Assembly: GCA_047495785.1 (NCBI GenBank)
Contig: JBLDXI010000055.1
Span: 1,054,001 to 1,118,000, forward strand
Length of the DNA: 64,000 bases
Direction: 5' to 3'
From: Lepidodermella squamata
Lineage: Eukaryota; Animalia; Gastrotricha
Part shown: positions 1-11,423 of the stretch, piece by piece
Layout of the letters: each line of letters opens with the position of its first letter
Numbering within the stretch: the stretch's first letter is position 1
Translations under genes and position numbers: made by a program
Notes under the pieces: model-generated
The model's input: the letters and a program-made list of their open reading frames with translations, nothing else
Databases searched by the model: none
Told to the model about the DNA's origin: nothing

Positions 1-949
1 TGGCTGTTCCAACATGGCCTATCCTAAACTAGTCATGGAGCTGATGCCGTGTGGCCTTCGTGGCCTCATGGTCGCAGTAATGTTAGCCGCTCTCATCACC
101 GATTTAACATCAATCTACAACAGCGCCTCCTCCCTATTTACGGTAGACATATACCCATTGTTCCGGGCAAAGGCATCGAACAAAGAGCTCATGATCGTCA
201 GTCGACTGTTTATCGTCTTCATGACCGTTATTTCAATCATTTGGGTGCCGATTTTGAAGAGCGTGCAAGGTGGTCAGCTCTTTATGTACATCCAAGCCGT
301 TCAAGCTTTCCTCGGGCCACCAATTGCCGCTGTATTCCTTATGGCTATCTTATGGCCTCGAGCAAATGAACAGGGGGCGTTTTGGTCTCTGATGGCTGGC
401 TTAGTTACGGGCGGTATTCGGATGGCGCTTGACTTCAGCTACAGTGAACCGCAATGTGGCGAGCCGGATCTTAGGCCGGCCATTATCCGAGATGTTCATT
501 ACATGTACTTCGCGCTGATTCTTTTTGTGCAGAGCGTGGTCGTAATTATCGTTGTAAGTAGGTTTACAACGCCTCTACCTCATTGGCGAATTATTCGAAC
601 GATATTTCTACGCCGATATGACACGACTCTCAGACCTGATGAAATGCCAACGGAAACTATTGAACATCTCCTGGGCCACGATGAGGCGGGGTCTATTAAG
701 GAAGAAAGCTCAAGCTGGTTCAAGCAGGCATTTGCTTGGTGGTGTGGTCTCGAAAGTGATAGCAAACATGCGAAGAAAGAGACAGAAGAGTCCGCCCAAA
801 GAAACGTTGACAGACTTGTGTCGTTGTTGAGACAAGAATCGAGAACTTCCACTGTGTTGGCCGCGAACTTGATAATTATTTTGGTTGTAACAGTCGTTAT
901 CTATGTTGTCTTTTCCTTACCGCCTAGTTGGCTAGGCTTTCGAATTTGA
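1..949 (+). CDS. Sodium:solute symporter SLC5A (SGLT/SMIT-like), 3' part; 5' end lies outside the window
   Basis: AYPKLVMELMPxGLRGLMVAVMLAAL..LTSIYNSASSLFTVDIY, GGQLFMYIQAV, RANEQGAFW and VHYMYFA are SLC5A1/3/9-family motifs; terminal TM helix present. Confidence 0.92.
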   Translation, partial: GCSNMAYPKLVMELMPCGLRGLMVAVMLAALITDLTSIYNSASSLFTVDIYPLFRAKASNKELMIVSRLFIVFMTVISIIWVPILKSVQGGQLFMYIQAVQAFLGPPIAAVFLMAILWPRANEQGAFWSLMAGLVTGGIRMALDFSYSEPQCGEPDLRPAIIRDVHYMYFALILFVQSVVVIIVVSRFTTPLPHWRIIRTIFLRRYDTTLRPDEMPTETIEHLLGHDEAGSIKEESSSWFKQAFAWWCGLESDSKHAKKETEESAQRNVDRLVSLLRQESRTSTVLAANLIIILVVTVVIYVVFSLPPSWLGFRI

Positions 950-1111
950 AGAGTAAAACGAAAAAATTGTCATTCATATTTGAGTTTTGACAAAAAACAA
1001 GCACACGCCAACCCAAGCTAAGCTCGCGCCCTTCTTGCGGTGTTACATCACTGATCAAAAAAATTAAAATAAATTTATTTTTTCATTTTAATAAAATTAA
1101 TATTTTTGAAA

Positions 1112-1808
1112 ATGTGGCACCCAGGTCTTAACTATCCGACCGTCCCCGGCTCTACGCCAACCGCATGGACTCACCCTGGTTGGGGTACCATTACCCCGAG
1201 CCCGAGTCCGATGACTCCGTTGGCGCAAGTCGACAAGACGCTGAAGGCCATCGATCATGACCTGCATGGCATGAAGCTAGCAATTGATACCTCTCTCAGT
1301 ACTTTCGATAAGACACTCAACGCCTTCGAAAATGCCTTCTCATCGGAACTTAACGAGCAGCCGTCGCGCCCAGCTAACTTGATTGAGCACTATTCGTTGA
1401 TGAACCCGATCCGCATCGATGCTGATGGCAATCGCTGGCTCAACTTCTACTTCGACCTGCGCTCGTTCAAGCCAGAGGAGATCAGCGTCACCCTGAACTC
1501 GAAAGAGCGCTCGCTGAACGTCGAAGCTGCTCACGAGATCAAGGACTCGAAGGAGCACTACATTAAACGATCTTACTCACGCAAAGTCTTCATCCCGGAG
1601 AACCTGGCGATTGATTTGGCCAAAGCTGACATCAAATCTTGTCTCACGAACGAGGGATTGCTCTGCGTCGAGTCACCTCTACCTAGGGTATACTATTCAA
1701 TATTGCGCTTTTATGAGTTAATTTCAGTTTAATTTTATTTAGGAAGCCGGGAACACTTCGACCTCTACTTCAAACCTCATTTTCCCAGTTGCTGTCAAGA
1801 CCATCTAA
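1112..1808 (+). CDS. Small heat-shock protein (alpha-crystallin/HSP20 domain), paralog 1; intron 1688-1742
   Basis: FDLRSFKPEEISV...HEIK...KRSYSRKVFIP...SCLTNEGLLCVESPLP is an alpha-crystallin domain. A 55-nt GT-AG intron leads to the tail EAGNTSTSTSNLIFPVAVKTI* with an IxI/V-type motif. Confidence 0.9.
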
Positions 1809-2926
1809 ATATGAAACTTGAAATATAAGATATAACCGATTTATGATTTTGGAATCCGATCAAAACTTCTGGAACTGATAATAAAATAGCCGCGAAAATT
1901 TCATTTTTTTCATACAAATTTCCTAATCGGAATACACTCGAATACACTTAAAACGCTGTGTTTTGTTGTCAAATTCATCGAAACCGTGCGATGACGACAT
2001 CAGTTAATGTAACGATCAGGATGCTAATTCGATCAAACTCGGCGCTATTTTTTGCGCGATTGTTTACGTCAAATGTACGCGGGTGATGAGTAGGGAGCAA
2101 ATAATAAACATCACAGGTCACATATTCTCGACTGGCTGTGTGATGTTTTGTAATCGATACACACTCGATCATATATTTCGATCTAATTATACCTGTTTTT
2201 GCTTTCTACTAGCCTCGCACGCGCAGGTGGAAAAGTAGCGATATTAAGTTTCGAGGGCGGCGACACTGCTAAGTGGATTGTCATCGTAAACAGGAGAAAA
2301 AGAACACGGCATATCGTCCGTTGAACCAGCATATCATAGTTCTGTGCGCAAGAGCTGCCCGAAGAACACGGCAAGCTGTGACGCTAGTGCGGATGTTCGC
2401 GGCGAGGTGAGGCAGTGTAGAGCCGAGATAGAAAAGGGAACATATTAGTTGCCACTATTATATAGACCGTGTGTGTTTAAAATTGTGTACACATAAAATT
2501 GCTCGCCATATTATGCGCTCTCTTCGAGATTTAATCCGATTAAACGCGTGCGGCTGGAAATAAAGGCGTGCGTCACATTTTGTTTAGCGCACGTGCTGCT
2601 TCACGATCAAACGAATGAATGACTGTTTTCTTCGTTCGCGCGCTGCCTTTTCTTTTTCTCTTCCTGTAATCGACGTTGGATATTCAGGTGGGTGATGATG
2701 CTTGTGTTTGGCCGATAACACGGCCATCCCTAATAGGCCCTGTCTGATTGATAATTTGACACTTCTGATGCGCCGTTGCTGACGTCATTGTCACCTGCTA
2801 TCCCCCGACTTTGTCTCGTCTAATTTTAGAAGATCCCTTTTATTCTGCGACATAGTGCTATTTTTTCTCAGATTTTAGGGAAGCTAAGAATTTTTAAATC
2901 TATTTATTTCCAGGTGACGACTGGTG

Positions 2927-4175
2927 ATGGATCCTGGTATGTATTTACCGGATGTTGACCATGATCGATTGGCTTCAATTGTCAATTTTTTTCATAGCCA
3001 AACAGGCGGCCCATCACGGCGCGCCGCCACCGAGTTGTACAGAAATGCTGAAACGAATAGAAAGTTTGGCTAATCAGCTACAACACAACTGCTCTGGTAC
3101 TTGGACTTGATTTACTGGAATTTATCAAATATTAACGATGAGCTTTGTCTCGTCTAGAAATTCAAGATACGGCCTGGCAACCGGGCGTGCCCGAACTTGC
3201 CGAGCAGATGGGAAATACGGTCGGAACCCTCCAGGCTGAAGTCGCGAAGCTACGCGATGAACTCACCGCCATGGATGGCCGTCATCAGAAAGTCATTCTC
3301 GAAAACGATCGTCTTAGACAAATAGGTAATCAAGTCGCAAACGCCACTGTAATTTCCTCTTTCACCAAGTTATGGGGACTTTCCTTTTAGGTTATTTATA
3401 AACCGAATTATCCCCAATTTTCGTTGAGGGACTCCGAGTTGAAAGCTGACACCCCTGCTTAGTTTTCAAAAAACAAGGGAATGGAAAAAATTCACGAAAT
3501 CGGAACTCTAAACTAAGAAATTGTGTTCGAGTCATGATAATGCCATCGGGAAGGTGAAAAATCAATTGGAAATGTACCTCTTCTCTATTCAATATTCTCT
3601 ACTCTTATGGCATAAAGGATATCGCAGATCTAGGTTTTAGCTTTTGGGGTTTTTGATGATTTTTTCAGGTGCAAAATCAATAATTTACAGTCTTAAGTAA
3701 ATTGTGCTTCTTCACTTTCGCTTTCGGCCACCCATACCGATGATTTTTTTATTTGTTTCATTTTCTCAAAGTAGCGTCATCCGGTGCCATGGGAATGTCC
3801 TCTCCTCCCCGCGTCAACGTTTCGGTAAACGAAACCATGTCACCTCCCGGCCCGAGCGCCGCCGTCAGCAGTGCCGCTGCCCGCGTCGCCTCCGCATCGG
3901 TCGTCGCCTCGGCCGCTCAGACGGGCGGGGCGCCGGGTCCTGCGCCGACGAGTGCGCCCAGCTCGGGGCGGCTAAGTTCGGGCTCCTCGAACGACCTACC
4001 AACCGGTAACGTGTGCGATGTTTGCATGGCGAGCTTTAAAAGCCGGCAAACGCTGCTACAGCACCGCCACATCCACGACCCGTCGCCGCGCTTCTGCTGC
4101 CAGCTGTGCGGCAACAAATTTCGCCAGCAGAGCGGCCTCTACCAGCACATGCGAGTGGTACATCGCAAGCAATGA
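2927..4175 (+). CDS. Coiled-coil plus two C-terminal C2H2 zinc fingers; exons ~2927-2936, 2998-3096, 3158-3325, 3772/3775-4175
   Basis: Fingers CDVC..F..RQTLLQHRHIH and CQLCGNKF.QQSGLYQHMRVVH. Phase-compatible GT-AG introns (61, 61, ~447 nt) join a heptad segment LQAEVAKLRDEL. Confidence 0.75.
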
Positions 4176-5610
4176 CGCCCCTCAACACCATACCTGTGTC
4201 GGATTCGAATCCCGTCCCTGCAGCTGCTATAATTGTTCATCTCGTCATCATCGACGTCGTCACACTGTGGTTTTTGTTTTTTTTTGAGAAAAATTATAGA
4301 AAACAACCGGCTATGCATTTCATCATTAATTGACGACGGCGATATAAGCTCAGCATTTTTACAAGCATCGATATTATTATTATTATTATACGTGTCTGCT
4401 GTCACACTTTCTCTGCGAATAACCTGGCCGATGCTTCTGTCTCTTGCCAAATTTGTGTCGCGTACATTTTAGATTCTTCTCAATTTTTCTGTGTGAAATT
4501 TCGCAAAAAAACTATCGGAAACAAAACTGGTTTGATAAAAAATGTAATAATAAAACTGCCAATAATTTTTACGTCATCAAGTATACAGTCACCAGGGTAT
4601 CATTTTCAGCCCTTCAACGGTATATTGAAACTCGCTTACCGTTTCTCGGAAGCGCTTTGTTGTACCCAAAAAGAATAAACAAATTCGACGCGAGCCGATT
4701 TTGGCCTGGCATATCGAAGATAGAGCTTCATGAAGACATTCGTTATATCGTTCGAAAGCTGGTAGAAAAAATTTACATTTCGATCACACCTGGTTTGTTG
4801 AGCCGTATCACTGTAATTTCGCTAAAATTTCTTACTTCGAGGAAATTTCAGCTGCAATTTACCATCAACTAGTGAAACACACTCTCATGCCTGGAAAGCT
4901 GTTTCCTTTGCTGTTCCTCGGCTTTTGAACGATATCCCACTCGTGATATACGCCAGATATGGTGTAAACCTCAAACGAAAGGAACTAAATGCAACTTAAG
5001 CCGTATTGTGAATTGAGGTCAAATGACACTGAATTAAGACAAGACTGCCAAGATAGGATAATAATAGAATGTTTTCTCTCCCTATCCCAACCCCTGTCGG
5101 AGAAAAATTACGCGATTCGAGAATTTCGCGATCCCATGATTTAATAATATGTCAATTGAGCTTGTTCTAATTAAATTTTCATGTTTACGTTTCGTGAATT
5201 AAATTTTAATTGCCGGATGTAGCCAACCCCAGACCCTCCTGAATGGCCCACGCGGCAGGGAAGACATGTGTCAACACAACTACCAATCAATTTATCTTAG
5301 CATTCTCGCAAATGCTAGTTGTATTTTTCGAACTGCGCAGGCGAATCAACACGCGCCTATGTGTCACTGTTTCATCTAATTTTTTTATTGAATCTTTGTG
5401 ACGAGCCTGGTGTGGTCGACCACGCCTCCGAATTTATTCAAAAGGATGTGGACGCGTGATTCGACATGCGCGTTAACGACCTGGCTATTGTTAAATTGCG
5501 TAACACTTATTCGCGGAAGGCTTTAAAATAGCCGAAATATTTCGAATCGAGCATTCGCTATCAATTGCTAATTGCTATATATATTTTCGAGTTAAATCTG
5601 CTTCGAGAAA

Positions 5611-6421
5611 ATGAACACTTCTGGAAAGACCACTTGCCCGATGACTACGACTACGCCGTTCCCGACAATGAACACTACTACCCCTTACACCGGTGGCCAT
5701 GAGTTCTCTGGCATGTTCCCCTGGGGCAACGACTACATGCCGCACATGATGAATAACCCTGGTATGTTCGGCGGAAGCATGATGACCCCATCATTCTCTG
5801 GCATGCCCTTCGGTTCTGGTGCCAACTTCGGCGGTATGCCGTTCGGTCACCCGATGATGCGCATGATGATGGAAAACATGAACCGCAACTACACCAACGA
5901 GCTCAGCCACATGCCATCCCGCCCGGCCAGCATGATGGAGAACTACACCCTGACGAACCCGATTCGCACGGATGCTGAGGGCAACCGCTCGCTCTACTGC
6001 TGCTTCGACATGCGCTCGTACAAGCCGGAGGAGATCAACGTCACCTTCAACTCTAAGGAACGTTGCCTGTGCATCGAAGCTACCCATGAGGTCAAGGACT
6101 CGAAGGACCACTACATCAAGCGCCACGTACATTGTCTTATGATCTAGTTTTTTACGATGGCTAATCTCTTTACTTTTTAGTACTCGCGCAAGTTCTACAT
6201 TCCTGAGTCGATGTGCAAGGACGATATGTCGAAGCTCGAACTCAAGTCGTGCTTGACCAGCGACGGCATGCTCGCCATCGAAGCTCCCCTCCCAAGGGTA
6301 ATTATTAGTTGAAGAATTTTAACCATAATTTATATCGATTTCTAAATAGATGATGATGACCACTGGCAGCACGACTGGCAACACCTCTTGCGTCACCCCT
6401 ATCAACGTCAAGATCATGTAA
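5611..6421 (+). CDS. Small heat-shock protein paralog 2 with Met/Gly/Pro-rich N-terminus; introns 6127-6180 and 6298-6349
   Basis: FDMRSYKPEEINV...HEVKDSKDHYIKRH|YSRKFYIP...SCLTSDGMLAIEAPLPR| with tail ending PINVKIM*. Closely similar to the gene at 1112. Confidence 0.9.
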
Positions 6422-7287
6422 ACTCATCGAACGATTATTGATGAAGCATTTGCTTTGTGCGTCAAGTTATTGATGATTCATGAAATAAAATGAATGCTGA
6501 AAATGAATTTTTTATCTTATTTTTCGCTCTCATTTTCAAACGAAGCATTGAAATTTTTTTGTTCTGCAGCTATTAAACCTGCTAATTGATAGTGAAAAAC
6601 GTCTCCCAAAACATTTAAAGTCCTTCGTTATGCCAAGGATAGTTATTTAAAACCAATACGCCGGGATAATTTTGTTTAAACACCTTCCGCTTAGGCTGAC
6701 ATTTCTTCGGAATTGAGTAAACCACCAAGTACCAAAACCAGCTGCGTCTCCGGATACTAATCAAACACTGACGGCATGAAAAAAATACAAACCAATATGT
6801 TCATATATAATTTATTTTCATCGCATCCCAACAATGCCAACGTGAAAAAATCGTGTTTTCTCAAATGTTTTCTGGATAATAAATATTGACTGGCGATATT
6901 GGAAAATCGAATCTCAGTCGCGCGGTTCAATCGCGAATCTTATTGCTCACTGTTCAAATGTTGCTTTTTCTCAATAACAGAAAAATCACAAAGCCACAAG
7001 TGCATAAACTCACCGAGAAAAGAAATTCGAATATACAAAGAAGTATTATTTAATTTTGTTCAATGAAGAGAACGGTTAACAACACACAATCGGTAGGGTA
7101 GCCAAAATATACAACCAATGATTTTCATAGAATTGATCCTTGTAAAACTAACCAAATGCATGCTGATAGCCATTTGTAAATGAAGAGATATCTCATTTGT
7201 CAATGTATATAGAAAAATCAGACGAGGCAGTGGTTGAAATTATTAACGGCGATTATAGCTATGAGCACTCGGAAGATTTGTTCAGCA

Positions 7288-9548
7288 TTATGCATGTACG
7301 TCCTCAGATTTTTTTCCTGACGAGGTCTTAAGCCCATCAGCAGTCGAAGATTGACATTTGCAAGATCTTTTAATACTCTGCGATGCGAATGCCCTCCGGA
7401 TGTACGTCGGGCCAATAAGAACAAACGAGCTGCACATCATCGTGAGGCCAGTTACGGCAAATGTCATATCATACGACGGCAATAGAGCGAGAAGAGGCGG
7501 GCCGATTAGCAAGGCAATGCCATCGACTAAAATCAGTACAGAAAAGGCATGAGATAGTTCAGATAAAGGCACCATGTCGGCCAGTATTGGAGTTAACAAC
7601 GTTTGAGATGTGCCAGCGAAAAAACCGAATTGAAACACAGAGAAGGCCAAGAAATAGAAATTGGCAAGCAAAGGTGTCAACGCTGTGAATGCGCCAGCCA
7701 CGCCAACCATCATGGCGAATAAAGGAATGCGGTGATTAGCCCATTTGTCAGCTGACAGAGCCAGTAGAGGGCGGCCAATGATGTTGCCAAATCCTATCAA
7801 AGACAGCAAGAGTGTTGTTTTTTCGCTTGATATTCCCAGCTGATTTCCCCAATGAACAATGAAAACAGACGGTGTGTAGTAAACCAGACACAGCATGAAG
7901 TTTGAGGCGACGAATGCACTGAAATCCGTACTTCGGAAATGCCGGAAAAACGGCATAACTGCGCGATGAAATACATTCTGCTTTCTCTCAGTTCGCTCGG
8001 TTGCGAAAGACGACGATGGACTGACTTCGTTTGACTCGATATACTCAGGTTTTTCCGTTTCCTTCTCGAATTCGCAGCATTTAGATTGACTCGGTATGCT
8101 AGCAAGTGGAACAGATAAATTGGCATTTTCATCGCTTTTTATTTTAGCGAATAATGCCTCGGGAGCAAACGACGGGTCGAAAATAGGTATGCTTAAAATT
8201 GATGAGCTGACTGCGCTGTGAAAACTTGCTAATCTGCCAACAGGAGCCGGCCGAGCGTGGTTCGCACTTTTGATATAGTGCTTCTCGCCTACAGGAGTAA
8301 CCGGACTAGTGACAGCGCCGCCATTAACGCTCAGCAGCTTCTTTTCTAATGCTGGTACTGAATTTTGTCGTTTCTTACTGTAGGAATTAGATGAGACTAT
8401 TGATGATTGAATTCTCTCCGAAAGTTGCCGAGCGAATGACTGCGGTCGAGGTAAAGTGGGGTGCTTTGGCATACTTGACGCGCTTCCCGTTGAGTCCAAT
8501 CGTTGAGTCGCAAGACCTCGAACAGCGGCAGTTTCATTGATAATTGCGTCAAAACGATCGGTTTCTTCCACTGATAAGAGCTTAGTTTCAGGACTGGGCT
8601 CGCGAACAGAATTTTTATCGTCGGATTTATCAGGCTGCTGTTGACAGCCCCTTATATTTTCAGAAATAAAATTTTCCAATTGTTGACTGCAAATAGAAGC
8701 AAATAAGACGAAATATAATTCAAATTTCAGCGCCAACCTAGCATCAATTTTCTCAGATTCCTCAATCACAATTTTTGGATTTGCTGTCTTCTTTTGATTG
8801 ACCGGCCTCAAGAATATAGCCATAGCCAAAGAATTCAATACGAGACCACCTAAACAGAATAATCAGTTTTGCTTTTTATTTACACGTTTTTCAATTTACC
8901 AAGGATCAGCATAGCACCTCTCCAGTCGTAAATTGAAACCAGGAAGCGAATAAGATACGGATATGTGAAAGACCCAACAGGGGAGCCAAGCTGTGCTAGG
9001 GCTGTAGCCAAACTCCGTCGCCGGTGGAAGTAGAAAGATATTAGAACAACCAATGGCAAATACACGATAGCTATTCCAATCCCTGAATTATCATTCAAAG
9101 TAAATTAAGACGAACTGCTGCTATGCATCACTTACCACCCAAAACGCCTATAGTTGCATGAAGAACCAAAACATTTGGCGCTAATGCAGATGAAATCAAT
9201 GAAATGAAGACAAGAATTACACCAGCCACAGTGACATTCCTAATCGCGTATCTCTGGGTCAAGATGCTGACAACGGGGCCGAGAAAGCATTGCAGGCTGA
9301 ACGCAATGCTAGCGATCATGCTTATTTCTGACGCTGAGCAACCGAACTCATCAATGAGAAGATCGAAAAATATCCCGATTGAGTAATACGTTCCAAAGCT
9401 AAGAAGTGTAATGAAGAAAACAGCAACAACGATCACCCAGCCCCAACCTATACAACAACAAAAAAGAATAAAGATATACGCGTTTCTTTCGTGCAGAGTA
9501 CAATAATCAATAAATACCTCCATCGGGCGGTTCCTCGGAATCAGCCAT
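7288..9548 (-). CDS. Monocarboxylate transporter (SLC16/MCT family) with a large central loop; 4 exons
   Basis: Spliced N-terminus MADSEEPPDG|GWGWVIV gives the canonical PPDGGWGW motif; also YFHRRRSLA, DWRGAMLILG and LLIGPPL; 12-TM pattern. Confidence 0.9.
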
Positions 9549-10309
9549 CGATGTGAAACTAAATATTTACATCGCGGTAAGAGTTTCAATGTCTCCAAAG
9601 CATGCCTCTATTTTAAGTAACATGATTCAAGCCTAAAATATCAACAGTTGAAAATTAAACAAGAGAACTGAGAATTATGCACATAGAATATCTCAAACTC
9701 GGAACGCTTTCGAGAAGAAAAACTTCAAAAACACGATTATTGCAAAGGAATCATGGATAAGATACAACCATAATGTGTTGCTGCGAAATGGATGCTAATG
9801 AAATGCAAAGGATTTGATCGAAACTTGAAATTTGCAATCAAATCATGGCTTTAACGACTACGAACTATCAGGACTGCATTAGTCTACCGGCAGTTCAAAG
9901 TTCAAAGGTCGGAACTCGGAACTTTGACAACCGGCTACTCTCAGGTGAGATCCACACCCACAAACGGAAAAAACCACGAAGTTGTTGAAAAACTGAAGAA
10001 ATTTAGTTATCACGTTTGTTATTTACATGTTGTTGAATTCAGCTTTATTAACACAATTTATACGACACTTGATCCACAAACACTAAATCATAAAAAATAT
10101 AATCTGATGAATCGGGGGTTAGTAAGTGCCATAGGGTATGGTTGAACAAAATTTTTTGAGAAACCGACAGCCGAGTTCCAACCTGTTTCGGTTTCGTACA
10201 CAGGACGCGGCGATCAGCAGTTGATCCAAGATCCAAGAAGGGCTCCTTACCTTTTCGCAACTCTTCAACTCGCACAATTTTCTAACTATTAAGGTCACAT
10301 TCCGGCGTT

Positions 10310-10534
10310 TAGCCTCCTCCAATTTCGTTGGTAGAAGCGCCCTCTCAGAGGGCGTCGCTCTCAGAGGGCGTCGCTCTCAGAGGGCTCCCTTTCAGATGGC
10401 TCAGAGGGCGCCCCACCCCTAACCTAACTCTAAACCTAACCTTAACCTTAATCTTGAGCGTCTGAGAACGATCCCTCTGAGAGCGACGCCGTCTGAGTGG
10501 GCACTTGTACCAACGAAATTGGAAACGGTGGCTG
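10310..10534. mobile_element. Non-autonomous TIR element (MITE, possibly hAT-type) with internal telomere-like repeats
   Basis: A ~50-nt inverted repeat (tccaatttcgttggtagaagcgccctctcagagggcgtcgctctcagaggg at 10318, with its near-perfect reverse complement ending at 10523). Three copies of a 16-nt unit, a degenerate (cctaa/ccctaa)n core, and flanking near-duplicates ccggcgtt/gcggcgtt. Confidence 0.8.
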
Positions 10535-11150
10535 GCGGCGTTTATGCCACCATCAACCCATGTGCATCAACCATCAACTCTGAATCTGCCACTTTGTTGC
10601 GAATACTATGGTGTTGATATATTTTAGTTTTCTAGTTTGGTTGCGTTGAGGCGCTAAAAGAGACTCAACGATTTAGAAATTCCTTGCATATGAATAAGTA
10701 TACTGCCCTCTGCCCTGCTCTGATTCACCATTCACCTAGTTCCCCGTTACCCAGAATTCCATCCGCTTTTACTTGGATGATGGATGAGGGGGCCGACAAT
10801 TTTTGCTATAGTATGTCTAAGGTCAGAAAATGCGATTCGGCTGTGCATTTTGTGGTAAATACTTAGTCAGCAGTGAGTCGTGAAGTCTTTTGTATCCATA
10901 AGGTTCCAGGTTCCAATCTGGCATTGTTTCAAATTCTAGGGTTCGATAGGAAAGGTCCGATTGTTTGGTTTATCTTTATTAGTTTATGACTAAGCTGAAT
11001 TCGAGCCTCAGGGAATATGGCAGGGTTTGCAGTTTGTTGTTGCTAGCAGAACCTGAGGCCCGTGGATGCCAATTCATGCCTGGAAAACTTTATTATTCCT
11101 TGAGAAAATAAACTTCATTCTTTCTTGTAGCTTTTTGATTGGATGCACAG

Positions 11151-11378
11151 ATGCCTTTAAGGCCAGGCCTTTTTCAGCGCGCTGCCGCCTATATTCGATA
11201 CGGCTACGAAACCCGACCTGACTTAGTTTTGGTCTGGGGATTACTTGTTCCTGCAAGCGCGACAGTTCTTGCTTACCGAACTCTCCAGCACATCCGCCAT
11301 CCTGAGAACTATCCTCGCTACTTGTGGCATCCAATCGTTGTTCGAGCCGAAGACGTCACGCCACCGAATCGCAAATAA
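11151..11378 (+). CDS. Small single-TM protein, probable complex I accessory subunit NDUFA3-like
   Basis: 75 aa. The pattern ..RPDLVLVWG-TM-..PRY..IVVRAED resembles invertebrate NDUFA3-type proteins (PD.V-TM-RY...VV.R.D). Confidence 0.55.
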   Translation: MPLRPGLFQRAAAYIRYGYETRPDLVLVWGLLVPASATVLAYRTLQHIRHPENYPRYLWHPIVVRAEDVTPPNRK

Positions 11379-11423
11379 AATCTGTTGATTAATCTAAACC
11401 AAATTGTTATTATTAGAGTAGTA

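Noticed and set aside
4201-4214. ggattcgaatcccg, repeated near 34577 and B-box-like
   Set aside because: Short palindrome with no tRNA context; may be chance.
10340-10390. 16-nt direct repeats resembling a CRISPR array
   Set aside because: The repeats are contiguous with no spacers, sit inside a TIR element, and the DNA is eukaryotic with no cas genes.
10860-10925. tRNA/SINE-like segment with a B-box-like ggttccaatc
   Set aside because: No convincing cloverleaf or A-box could be built.
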